Assembly: GCA_031370005.1 (NCBI GenBank)
Contig: JANMPT010000097.1
Span: 1 to 64,000 of the forward strand
DNA: 64,000 nucleotides
DNA from: Bdellovibrionales bacterium
Lineage (GTDB): Bacteria > Bdellovibrionota > Bdellovibrionia > Bdellovibrionales > Bdellovibrionaceae
Direction: 5' to 3'
Shown here: piece after piece, positions 38,584-47,693 of the stretch
How the letters are laid out: every line of letters begins with the position of its first letter
Position numbering within the stretch: position 1 is the first letter of the stretch
The notes under the pieces: model-generated
Told to the model about the DNA's origin: nothing
Database searches by the model: none
The model's input: the letters and a program-made list of their open reading frames with translations, nothing else
Made by a program: the position numbers and the translations under genes

Positions 38584-39579
38584 ATGGAAAAAGGCTGGAA
38601 CGGACTACCATATAATACTATCGCAGAACACTACTCCAAACGCTTTGGGGAAAAGGTCTATAAAATCCCCGTTAGTATCGTAGACGACTGCCCCAATCGC
38701 CGCGGGTTAAAAGGCATGGAAACCTGCGTGTTTTGCGATGTTTGGGGCTCCGCCGCTAATTCCGAGTCCTTAAGTATGGAGCTACATGCCCAAATTGAAA
38801 AATACTACGCCCATATATCAAAGAAATATAAAGCTAAAAGTTTTCTCATTTATTTTCAAGCCTATACGAATACTTTTACTAAGCTAAGTGGTCTTCGCCA
38901 CAACTTTGAAACAGCTCTTTCTTATGATTTCGTAAAGGGCTTTGTGGTGGGCACTCGTCCAGATTGCTTATCCAAAGGAGTTTTAGATCTTTGGCAGGAA
39001 TTCCATCAGCGTTCTTTTGTTGCAGTGGAACTCGGTGTACAGAGCTTTTTTGATGACCAACTGAAGTTCATGCGCCGGGGTCATACTGCACAACAGTCCA
39101 TCGATGCCATTTATAAGATTGCTGATGGCACTCAAGCAGATCTTGGTATCCATTTAATCTTCGGAAATCCCGGTGAAACCGATGAACAAATCATTCAAAC
39201 AGCAGAGATTGTAAGTAAGCTACCAATCACCAATGTAAAACTCCACAACTTACATGTACTTAAAAACACGCCTCTTGAAAGGATGTATGGCTCTGGTGAA
39301 TTCATTCCCATTGACCGTGAAACCTACTCTCACCGTGTGAAAATCTTTCTACAACACTTGGCTCCCCACATAGCGCTGCATAGGTTAGCAGCCTTTGCGT
39401 CTCGTTGGGAAGAGCTCGTGGCACCAGCGTGGACTTCTGATAAAATGGGCACTCATCAATACATTATTGATTACTTACGATGTGAAAAAGCTTACCAAAG
39501 CCAAATCTATAAAACTGAAAATAAAGAAACCCAGGCTTTCATCGAGCTCATTCGCCAAAAAAGCCTATCAACTCTCTAG
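38584..39579 (+). CDS. TIGR01212 (YhcC/YtqA-MnmL family) radical SAM protein
   Basis: CPNR.G...CVFC, YFQAYTNT, GTRPDC, ELGVQS, RGH, VKLHNLHVLKNT. Confidence 0.9.
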   Translation: MEKGWNGLPYNTIAEHYSKRFGEKVYKIPVSIVDDCPNRRGLKGMETCVFCDVWGSAANSESLSMELHAQIEKYYAHISKKYKAKSFLIYFQAYTNTFTKLSGLRHNFETALSYDFVKGFVVGTRPDCLSKGVLDLWQEFHQRSFVAVELGVQSFFDDQLKFMRRGHTAQQSIDAIYKIADGTQADLGIHLIFGNPGETDEQIIQTAEIVSKLPITNVKLHNLHVLKNTPLERMYGSGEFIPIDRETYSHRVKIFLQHLAPHIALHRLAAFASRWEELVAPAWTSDKMGTHQYIIDYLRCEKAYQSQIYKTENKETQAFIELIRQKSLSTL

Positions 39580-39581
39580 CA

Positions 39582-39628
39582 ACACTAGGGGTAGATTTAA
39601 GATCATGACAGATGACTAGATCTAGACC
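39582..39628. promoter_or_regulatory. Tandem NrdR-box-like operators
   Basis: acaCTAggggTAGatt (39582-97) and tgaCTAGATCTAGacc (39613-28), centres 31 bp apart, resembling the consensus acaCwAtATaTwGtg; upstream of nrdAB. Confidence 0.55.
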
Positions 39629-39877
39629 CTGTCTTAATTCACTCTTGCTTTGTACTTTCAGGTCCTTAGACGACTTTATACTATGTGTTTTCACAAAAAA
39701 AACCTTACTTTTTTCAAAGACAGACTTGTCAAGAAGATCAAATTTGCTGCTTAAATGATAAGCAGCGCTAAGTTTTTTTGTATTTTTTTTACTCTTTGAG
39801 TTTGACAGCATTTCAAAAAGTGAAGATCCTCAAAGTGTGAGGAAGATAGGCCATATGGATATGACCACTCTAACAAG

Positions 39878-39893
39878 CCCCTAGATCTAGTGG
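39878..39893. promoter_or_regulatory. NrdR box
   Basis: cccCTAGATCTAGtgg, a close match to the NrdR consensus, in the nrdA leader. Confidence 0.7.
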
Positions 39894-39984
39894 TCATGCG
39901 AAAAAGCTAAAAACTTTAAGCAGGATTTAAGTCTGGGGCAAGACAACTAGAAAACACGATTATTTATATCTAAATACAGGATCG

Positions 39985-40022
39985 TTCGGCTTTCACGGAG
40001 GGGTGAGGGCTGGGTTTTTTTT
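39985..40022 (+). terminator. Terminator-like hairpin inside the nrdA leader
   Basis: CGGCTTTCAC-GGAGGG-GTGAGGGCTG stem (with G-U pairs) followed by T8, about 40 nt before the nrdA ATG. Confidence 0.55.
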
Positions 40023-40060
40023 CGCCTATAAGAAATGGGCCACGAATGAGGGGACGCGCT

Positions 40061-42487
40061 ATGCTGAATCAAGAGTCCAACGGACAGGGCTATCAATCCG
40101 ACAATACACCACATGTTATGAGAGTTAAGAAGCGAGATGGCACGTTGGAGCCAGTTGATGTCACAAAGATCGTGGAACGAGTTACTCGTTGCTGCCAGGG
40201 TCTCGCTCAAGTGGATCCACTTCGTGTTGCTACAAAGGCCATTAGTGGTCTTTATGACGGAGCAACAACAAATGAACTCGATAATCTTAGTATTCAAACT
40301 GCAAGCCTACTAATCGGTGAAGAGCCTGAGTACTCCCGCCTTGCAGCACGTCTGCTTTCTACATACGTAGACGAGGAAGTTCGCTCGCAAAAAATTGGTT
40401 CCTTTGCTGATGCAGTAAACCTTGGTTACTCTCAAGGTTTAATATCTGAAGCTCTTCATATATTCGTTGCAAATAACAAGGCCGCTTTGTGCGCCTCTAT
40501 CGAGCCTTACCGCACTGATCGATTTGAGTATTTCGGTCTTCGCACTGTTTACGATCGTTACTTATTAAAAAATCCGACGAGTCGCCAAGTAATCGAAACT
40601 CCTCAATACTTTTTTATGCGAGTGGCTTGTGGCCTAGCACAAAATGTAGATGAAGCGATTGAGTTCTATCGATTGATTTCTTCCCACGACTATATGCCTT
40701 CAACCCCGACTTTATTTAATGCGGGAACTCTTCGTCCACAAATGTCATCTTGCTATTTGCTCGACTCCCCATTGGACGATTTGCGAGCAATTTATGATAA
40801 ATACACAGACATCGCTTTGCTTTCAAAATTCGCGGGCGGTATTGGAGTGGCTTTCCATCGAATTCGCTCTCGTGGATCTCTGATCAAAGGTACAAATGGT
40901 CATTCAAATGGCATCATTCCTTGGTTGAAAACCATGGATTCATCTGTAGCTGCTGTAAATCAAGGTGGTAAACGAAAGGGTGCTGCATGTGTCTATTTAG
41001 AAACTTGGCATGCGGACATTGAGGAGTTTCTTGAGCTTCGCGACAACACCGGCGACGAAGCAAAGCGTGCTCACAACTTAAACTTAGCAAACTGGGTTCC
41101 AGATTTATTTATGAAACGGGTTGAGGAAAACTCAATGTGGTCTTTATTTGACCCGCATATTGTTCCTAACTTTACAGATATTTATGGCCCTGAGTTTGAA
41201 AAGGCCTATGTTGAGGCAGAAGAAAATAAATTATATGTAAAACAGGTTAAGGCCCGCGATTTATACGTACGTATGATGAAAACTTTGGCTCAAACTGGCA
41301 ATGGCTGGATGACTTGGAAAGACGCTTCAAACATGAAGGCAAATCAAGTAGGTCATCCTCAAAATATAATTCATCTTTCAAATCTCTGCACTGAGATCTT
41401 AGAAGTGACTTCAGATAAAGAAACGGCCGTGTGCAACTTGGGTTCAGTAAATCTTGGACGCCACATTACAAATGGCGAATTCGATTTTGAAAAACTTGCT
41501 CGCACCGTTCGTACAGCTATCAAATACCTAGACCGCGTTGTTGATATCAATTTTTACCCAATTGATTCTGCAAAAGATAGCAATCACAAATGGCGCCCAG
41601 TGGGTCTCGGTGTTATGGGCCTTCAAGACGCTTTTTTTATGTTGAAACTACCTTTTGACTCCGACAAGGCTCGAGAACTATCTGCAAGGATCCAAGAAGA
41701 CATCTACTATAATGCAATATATGCATCTTGTGAATTGTCGGAAAAATATGGACCCCATGGAGCTTACAAGGAAACTCGCGTAGCTCATGGTCAACTGCAA
41801 TATGACCTTTGGGGAGTAACTCCAAAACAACCAGAGCGTTTTGTTCAGCTGAAGGAACGAATTAAAAAACACGGCTTGAGAAACTCTTTAGTGATAGCTA
41901 TTGCTCCAACGGCAACAATCGCGTCAATCGTGGGTTGCTATGAAGCTACAGAACCACAGATTAGTAATTTGTTTAAACGAGAGACTCTTTCTGGCGAGTT
42001 CATGCAAATAAATCGTTACCTAGTGTCTGACTTGAAAGCAATAAACCTTTGGAATGAAAACATTCGAAATGAAATCAAAATGGCAGATGGCTCCATTCAA
42101 GATGTCGCAGCTATTCCGCCACTGTTGAAAGAGCTTTACAGAAATGTTTGGGAAGTTCCAATGAAAGCATTAATTGATATGGGAGCCGAGCGGGGTCCCT
42201 ATATTGATCAGTCCCAGTCATTGAATCTTTTCATGGAAAGTCCAACCATAGGTAAACTATCGAGCATGTACATGTATGCGTGGAAAAAAGGTTTAAAAAC
42301 AACTTACTACCTCCGTTCACGTCCAGCGACTAGTATTGCAAAAACCACTGTTATGAAAACAAATATTGGAACGACAACTATGACCGAAACTATGATTGTC
42401 GAAGCCGCACCGAAAAAGGAATACACAGACACTGAAGTCTTAGCTTGTTCTCTGGAAAACCCAGAGGCCTGCGAAGCCTGCCAGTAA
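40061..42487 (+). CDS. nrdA: Class Ia ribonucleotide reductase alpha subunit with N-terminal ATP-cone
   Basis: VKKRDG ATP-cone, STPTLFNAG, SSCY, SNLCTEI, VCNLGS, APTA, KTTYY, C-terminal CEACQ. Confidence 0.96.
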   Translation: MLNQESNGQGYQSDNTPHVMRVKKRDGTLEPVDVTKIVERVTRCCQGLAQVDPLRVATKAISGLYDGATTNELDNLSIQTASLLIGEEPEYSRLAARLLSTYVDEEVRSQKIGSFADAVNLGYSQGLISEALHIFVANNKAALCASIEPYRTDRFEYFGLRTVYDRYLLKNPTSRQVIETPQYFFMRVACGLAQNVDEAIEFYRLISSHDYMPSTPTLFNAGTLRPQMSSCYLLDSPLDDLRAIYDKYTDIALLSKFAGGIGVAFHRIRSRGSLIKGTNGHSNGIIPWLKTMDSSVAAVNQGGKRKGAACVYLETWHADIEEFLELRDNTGDEAKRAHNLNLANWVPDLFMKRVEENSMWSLFDPHIVPNFTDIYGPEFEKAYVEAEENKLYVKQVKARDLYVRMMKTLAQTGNGWMTWKDASNMKANQVGHPQNIIHLSNLCTEILEVTSDKETAVCNLGSVNLGRHITNGEFDFEKLARTVRTAIKYLDRVVDINFYPIDSAKDSNHKWRPVGLGVMGLQDAFFMLKLPFDSDKARELSARIQEDIYYNAIYASCELSEKYGPHGAYKETRVAHGQLQYDLWGVTPKQPERFVQLKERIKKHGLRNSLVIAIAPTATIASIVGCYEATEPQISNLFKRETLSGEFMQINRYLVSDLKAINLWNENIRNEIKMADGSIQDVAAIPPLLKELYRNVWEVPMKALIDMGAERGPYIDQSQSLNLFMESPTIGKLSSMYMYAWKKGLKTTYYLRSRPATSIAKTTVMKTNIGTTTMTETMIVEAAPKKEYTDTEVLACSLENPEACEACQ

Positions 42488-42521
42488 ATATGTATCTTAC
42501 TATTAAAAAAGGAATTTTATT

Positions 42522-43520
42522 ATGTTGTTAGATCCCGGTTTTAATCTCACTCTGCGCCCGATGAAATACCCTGTTTTTTACGAAATGTATAAGAATGGGA
42601 TTAAAAACACGTGGACTGTGGATGAAGTTGATTTCTCCACAGATCTTGTAGACCTGCACTCAAAAATGACCCCGGCAGAAAGGCATTTAATTTCGCGTTT
42701 GGTTGCTTTTTTTGCCACCGGAGATTCTATTGTAGGCAATAACCTTGTATTAAATCTCTATAAGCATGTGAATTCTCCGGAAGGGCGCATGTATTTGTCT
42801 CGTCAACTTTATGAAGAGGCCTTGCATGTCCAGTTCTATCTTACCCTTTTAGACACATATATTCCTAATCACGAGGAAAGAGCGGAGGCTTTCTCTGCAA
42901 TTGAAACCATTCCTTCGATAAAAAAGAAAGCAGATTTCTGTTTTAAGTGGATTGATTCTATCAATGAACTTGAAACTTTAAAAACAAAGGAAGATCGCCG
43001 TAAATTCCTGATGAACATGATTTGTTTTGCAACATGCGTAGAAGGCCTTTTCTTTTTTGCGGCCTTTGCTTATGTTTACTTCCTGCGTTCAAAAGGTTTG
43101 CTTGCGGGGCTAGCTACTGGCACAAATTGGGTTTTCCGTGACGAAAGTATGCATATGGCTTTTGCTTTGGAAGTGATCAAAAATGCCCGTCAAGAAGAGC
43201 CAGATCTTTTCAATGAACAAATGGAAGATATGGTAGTACAAATGATAGAAGATGCCATTGATTGTGAAATGGAATTTGCCCAGGATGTTCTTCAATTTGG
43301 ACTAGCCGGGATGTCCGCTAAGGATATGAGACAGTATTTAGAATTTGTTGCTGACCAGCGTTTAGAAAGTTTGAACATTGCCCCTCGTTACAAAGTAAAA
43401 AACCCATTCTCCTTTATGGAGCTTCAAGATATGCAAGAGCTTGCGAATTTCTTTGAGAGAAGAGTCTCAGCTTATCAAATGGGAGTTTCCGGAAGCGTAT
43501 CTTTCGATGAAACGTTCTAA
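42522..43520 (+). CDS. nrdB: Class Ia ribonucleotide reductase beta subunit
   Basis: FATGD, EALHVQFY (radical Tyr present), VEGLFF, RDESMH, NFFERRVSAY. Confidence 0.96.
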   Translation: MLLDPGFNLTLRPMKYPVFYEMYKNGIKNTWTVDEVDFSTDLVDLHSKMTPAERHLISRLVAFFATGDSIVGNNLVLNLYKHVNSPEGRMYLSRQLYEEALHVQFYLTLLDTYIPNHEERAEAFSAIETIPSIKKKADFCFKWIDSINELETLKTKEDRRKFLMNMICFATCVEGLFFFAAFAYVYFLRSKGLLAGLATGTNWVFRDESMHMAFALEVIKNARQEEPDLFNEQMEDMVVQMIEDAIDCEMEFAQDVLQFGLAGMSAKDMRQYLEFVADQRLESLNIAPRYKVKNPFSFMELQDMQELANFFERRVSAYQMGVSGSVSFDETF

Positions 43521-44505
43521 AGAGTTTTTTCTTTGGTTATTTTTTCTCGCTATTTGCTTTTGGGCAGGTTACATAAAAGGTTTCCTGCCCTTAACATTTA
43601 AGCAAGGGTTATTTGCTAAAGGTCCCGTGAAAATTTTGAACGCGACTCCTTTAGATTTTCCTGTGGATTTTATTAAAGCTCTTGAAGACGATTTTGGACA
43701 AAAAATTGAAGTACAAAGAGCTAAAGATTGGGATGAAGTTCAAGCGAAAATGGTTATTAAAAATGGGGCGCATTTGATCATAGCGCCTACTTACTGGGCT
43801 CAGGACCTTTCCCGCGAGTCGCTCATACTTAGTCTCAATCCCCTACAAACAAAAATCGAAAAGAGAGTCTCTCCTGATTTTATTTCTTTACAAGGAAAAA
43901 ATCTCAATGTTCTTCCCTTGTATTGGACACTTACAGATTTTCGAGTTCACAAAGACAGCAACTTAGGTGAAAGCCTTGAAGAAGCACTTCAGAGCAAAAA
44001 TCTTACAGAGATCCACCTCTATCCAAACGTTGATTTAATGGCAACCCATTTAAAACTCTGGTCTAGCAATCCCCAAGTGGGTGCTTTAAAGCTTAAAAAT
44101 ATTGAGAGTTTCCATTACAAAAACATTCCTCAAGAAATATCAAAAACCTCAATTTGGGAAGTTCCACATTTATTAAAAATAAATAATTCTCGTACATTGA
44201 GCTCTTTAAATAGCAATGCCTTAATAATTTATGGAATAATGATTCCTAAAAATTCTCTTAATAAAAAAACATCCTACCGTCTTCTAGAAAGAATGATGGA
44301 CCGGGATCTTGAGGAAATCACCCTTGCAAAGCTTCCCTTAGGAAGCACGCTCCAACAATCAGAGAGGAATATAAAAATCAACAAGGAACAGCACTCCTCA
44401 GAGTTGCGTGATCTTAAACTGCATGAGTTAATTATTCTCGACAAAAGGGTTCCAGAACTTTTTCAAAACTACTGGCAAAAGTATAACTTTATCTCACCAA
44501 ATTAA
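43507..44505 (+). CDS. Membrane-anchored PotD-like (periplasmic binding fold) protein, divergent
   Basis: ATG 43507 overlaps the nrdB end; N-terminal TM; VKILN...DFIKALEDDFGQKIEV...HLIIAP and LPLYW resemble PotD-family segments. Confidence 0.5.
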   Translation: MKRSKEFFLWLFFLAICFWAGYIKGFLPLTFKQGLFAKGPVKILNATPLDFPVDFIKALEDDFGQKIEVQRAKDWDEVQAKMVIKNGAHLIIAPTYWAQDLSRESLILSLNPLQTKIEKRVSPDFISLQGKNLNVLPLYWTLTDFRVHKDSNLGESLEEALQSKNLTEIHLYPNVDLMATHLKLWSSNPQVGALKLKNIESFHYKNIPQEISKTSIWEVPHLLKINNSRTLSSLNSNALIIYGIMIPKNSLNKKTSYRLLERMMDRDLEEITLAKLPLGSTLQQSERNIKINKEQHSSELRDLKLHELIILDKRVPELFQNYWQKYNFISPN

Positions 44506-44998
44506 GATAAATATTACCGCCTCCAGCATTTGTAACAAGTGCACCTGTTGAATCATAAGCCACAAGCTCTAGTTTCACTGTGTAGATTGTACTTAGCGAG
44601 AGATTGCGAATATCAATAACCACATCAAATTTTCCATTACGGCATACTGGAATTGTTGATGTTCCTGTAGCACTGTAGACTCCGGCACTTACTGGAGCGT
44701 TTCCATTCTGAGTAACAATAGACACATTGATTTTATTACTCGGATATGTTGAGGCATAGCAGTCACCGCTGACTTCAACCTTGGTATCTGTTGAGGCAGG
44801 GTAAAGAGAAACAATATTTCCTGTTGTAGACAACTTAATTGTATTCGCACTTGCGGCCTGATTGGCACAGCCATTTGCTGGACACTTAGAACTGCTTTGA
44901 TAATCCCCGACAAGCCCGCTGCCAGGAGGTTGATTACAGGCCGGAAGCCCCAAAAAAACTAGGGTTGCTAAAAGCATAAAAAGAGGTTTAAAAGACAT
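44489..44998 (-). CDS. Cys-containing lipoprotein, beta-rich, unknown function
   Basis: Lipobox LPAC; GGGGA RBS; beta-strand pattern with VSGDC and VCRNGKF. Confidence 0.75.
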   Translation of the reverse strand: MSFKPLFMLLATLVFLGLPACNQPPGSGLVGDYQSSSKCPANGCANQAASANTIKLSTTGNIVSLYPASTDTKVEVSGDCYASTYPSNKINVSIVTQNGNAPVSAGVYSATGTSTIPVCRNGKFDVVIDIRNLSLSTIYTVKLELVAYDSTGALVTNAGGGNIYLNLVR

Positions 44999-45096
44999 AC
45001 GGAGTCCCCCTATTTCTTATGATAGCAAGGATGTAAGCTTTGTGGAAAAATATTTATTAAATCTCTAAAAAGACTGTTTCAATATGAGTCAAAGGT

Positions 45097-45999
45097 TTAT
45101 AAAAACACTTTCCTTTTGAGTCTAGTAATTACCCCCTCCAGAAGCTCAGGCTCTAGGAATAGGAAATAGGTTGAAAGCATGATAAGTGAAAAATGCATCA
45201 GTCCCATAAAAAGTCCAATTGATCCATGAAAGAAAAGCCCCGTGATCAACCAATATTTACGCCCTTTGGGATTTAACATAGCTGCGGGGAAATAGATTTC
45301 AAAGATTATGCTCAAAAAACTTCCTATGGCGATTGCCAAAGGCAGGTGCCTCAAAAAGGTCCAATCCATATTCACCATCTGAGGATTTGCTAGAACACTC
45401 CAAAGCGCTGTGCCATCCCACCAGCTTATACCTTTTAGTTTTTCAAACCCCGTATAGGCGTAGATGATGCAAATCTGAAATTGTATCATTCTCATCATTG
45501 CCGAGCTCAGCCAATCTGATTCCATACGCAAAGGTTTTTTTCTTTTGAAAAAATTAAAAATACTCAGCCGAGCGCAACTATCCGAGAATGCCAGGTAAAA
45601 TAAAAAAACCCCTCCGATAACATCTGCGCCAAAGACGGCCCCATAATTGCGATACATAAAACCCATATGGAGTACCCAGGCTAGCGCTGTCAAAGCTCTT
45701 CCACCGATTCCTAAAAACAGTAATAGTAATGTAAAAACATAGATAGAATGAACTCCGCCCATCATAGAGTCTGGCCAGAAGTACCATCCCCAAAGTGGAC
45801 GCGTGAACTCGTCCATGGTCTCAAGCGCCAAGGAGCGTGGCATAAGCCACCCATCGGTGAAGTAAATAATATTCCAGGAACGTAAGAAATAAAGATGAAG
45901 CATGGTTCCGGTTAGAAAAATTCGCATCAGAGCTAAATTAATTAGTTTTTTCGGAGAAAACCAAAAATGATCCCAGGCCTTAAGTGCTTTACTCAACAT
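45097..45999 (-). CDS. HTTM-domain membrane protein (SdpB / vitamin-K-dependent gamma-carboxylase-like)
   Basis: LALMRI, RN....GAD, MIQFQICIIYAYTGFEKL.G..WWDGTA, FE, FHGSI...MGL..FS. Confidence 0.85.
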   Translation of the reverse strand: MLSKALKAWDHFWFSPKKLINLALMRIFLTGTMLHLYFLRSWNIIYFTDGWLMPRSLALETMDEFTRPLWGWYFWPDSMMGGVHSIYVFTLLLLFLGIGGRALTALAWVLHMGFMYRNYGAVFGADVIGGVFLFYLAFSDSCARLSIFNFFKRKKPLRMESDWLSSAMMRMIQFQICIIYAYTGFEKLKGISWWDGTALWSVLANPQMVNMDWTFLRHLPLAIAIGSFLSIIFEIYFPAAMLNPKGRKYWLITGLFFHGSIGLFMGLMHFSLIMLSTYFLFLEPELLEGVITRLKRKVFL

Positions 46000-46537
46000 G
46001 ACAAGGGAACTCCCGTTTAATATAATCTTGTTCTTTAGATAGCTCTGCCATAGTTTCTTGTTTGAAGGTCACCGCTTGATCAAGGGGAGCAATAGACTCA
46101 ACTATAAAATCAATACGAACTGAAGTTGCCCCAAGATTCACCCGGCAAATATGCGGTACAAACATTTTTTCCATGCGATCCGGACCCAATAATAAATAAT
46201 GCATCATATAGAGTTCGCGGCGCTGAGTGGGATCAAAGGTTCCAACATTTTTTAATTCAGGAAAGAACCCCTCTTTGGATTCCTTAATAGGATCGCCTTT
46301 TTCATCCTTAAAATACACTTGGTAACGGATATACATAGTGTGTGCAGGATCTGGAGAAAAAAAATTCCATGAAGTATTAAAACCAGTGATGTTTGCATAA
46401 GGAGTGATGACTCCCTGAAAAAAACGTCCAAAGTAGGAGCTTCCATTGGACATCACAATTACAACAAAAAGATGGTAAAGTATCCAAATACTCGCAAGAG
46501 CTTTTAGAAAAAAGAGCCCTCTTCTAGACTTCAGCAT
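45989..46537 (-). CDS. DUF5819/SdpA-like membrane-anchored protein
   Basis: N-terminal TM, PY....G..TSWNFFSPDP motif, directly upstream of the HTTM gene; start set at ATG 46537 after GAGGA. Confidence 0.6.
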   Translation of the reverse strand: MLKSRRGLFFLKALASIWILYHLFVVIVMSNGSSYFGRFFQGVITPYANITGFNTSWNFFSPDPAHTMYIRYQVYFKDEKGDPIKESKEGFFPELKNVGTFDPTQRRELYMMHYLLLGPDRMEKMFVPHICRVNLGATSVRIDFIVESIAPLDQAVTFKQETMAELSKEQDYIKREFPCHVE

Positions 46538-47693
46538 CTTCCTCGTCAATATCATCGGCTTCACCCAGGAATGGCAATTCATCGTCTTCCATATCCTCTT
46601 CACTGGCTTGTTGATCTGGTTCAGCATCAAAATTAGCTATGGCCTCTTGAAGCTCCACTCCTCGTCCAACAGCAAGTGCACGATCATAGCGTTCTAGCCA
46701 ATTCACATCGCGAGTTGAGACTTGCTCATTCACTTCCAAAGCTTCACGAATATTTTGCGCCTTCTCTTGATCCCGCTGTTCGCGTTGCCTTTGTTTTTCT
46801 TTCTCAAAGAATGCCGAAGATGTTGAAATCTCTTCAAGTTGTTCAGTAATTTTTGTTAACTCTTCTTCACCTTGCGAGTACGAAGACCCCGTCAATGACG
46901 CCATAGAATCCGTTATTGCACTGAGAGTTTCTTTTTTATCTTCCTCGCCGATTCCCTCAGGCAAAAGCTCATCAATTTGAGAGAGTGTTGGTAGCTCTTT
47001 AAGATTGCGAAGACCGAAAATCTCTAGAAACTTACGAGTCGTTCCATATTGCATCGGGCGACCTGGGAGCTCACTCTTACCTTCAAAACAAACGAGATTC
47101 TTTTCCATTAAAGCTCGTAATAAATGACCTGACTCAACACCACGAACCGCATCGATTTCCGATTTCACCAGGGGTTGCTTGTAAGCAACAATTGCAAGAA
47201 CTTCAAGCGCAGGACCTGAGAGTTTGAAAGGGCGTACTTTCAAAGTTTTGCGCATAAATTCCATATTGTCGATTTTTGTACGTAGCTGATAGCCCCCTGG
47301 AACTTCCTCCAAGCTTATACCGCGGCGTCCTCCTGCATATTCAACAGCTAAACTATCCAAAGCGCGATGAAGCTTTTGAGTATTAATATTCGTGGCTTTA
47401 AAAACAAGCTTTAAAGAAGCTAAACTCACCGGGCGATCCGAGGCAAAAAGAATACTTTCGACAATGGATTCTAAGCGTTCTTCCTCTACAAATTCAACGT
47501 CTTCAATTTCCACTGATTCAAATCCATCCAGCTCAGTGCCTTCAAGGGGAACATCAGAGAGGGTGTCTTCTTCTTGTAAAAAAATTGAGGCTTCCATTTC
47601 GATATTAGAATCTTCTCCATGTAAAGATTCAGATAAATTCTTTTTTTTAGCCAAGAGCTCCTCCTTCTTCTGCAGCGAAGATTTCTTCATCAC
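46524..47693 (-). CDS. scpB: SMC-Scp complex subunit ScpB with acidic extensions
   Basis: VESILFAS, GGYQLRT, LSGPALEVLAIVAYKQP, RGV, PGRP..YGTT..FLEIFGL. Confidence 0.95.
   Translation of the reverse strand: MMKKSSLQKKEELLAKKKNLSESLHGEDSNIEMEASIFLQEEDTLSDVPLEGTELDGFESVEIEDVEFVEEERLESIVESILFASDRPVSLASLKLVFKATNINTQKLHRALDSLAVEYAGGRRGISLEEVPGGYQLRTKIDNMEFMRKTLKVRPFKLSGPALEVLAIVAYKQPLVKSEIDAVRGVESGHLLRALMEKNLVCFEGKSELPGRPMQYGTTRKFLEIFGLRNLKELPTLSQIDELLPEGIGEEDKKETLSAITDSMASLTGSSYSQGEEELTKITEQLEEISTSSAFFEKEKQRQREQRDQEKAQNIREALEVNEQVSTRDVNWLERYDRALAVGRGVELQEAIANFDAEPDQQASEEDMEDDELPFLGEADDIDEEDAEV

Noticed and set aside
39548..39811. 87-aa minus-strand ORF in the nrdA upstream region
   Set aside because: Low-complexity Lys-rich translation of T-tracts in a regulatory region; no RBS or motif.
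39580..40060. Cobalamin riboswitch upstream of nrdAB
   Set aside because: The core motifs (GGGAA..GGTG, GCCACTG, GGGAAGG, AGYCAGRAGACC) are not visible.
42522..43520. Tyrosyl-radical-less (class Ic) or metal-free (class Ie) NrdB
   Set aside because: The first ligand Asp (ATGD), the radical Tyr (EALHVQFY) and the other Glu/His ligands are all present, so it is ordinary class Ia.
45025..45040. Sigma54 promoter for the 44489-44998 lipoprotein
   Set aside because: TTGC is present, but the invariant GG at -24 is missing (AGCTTA).
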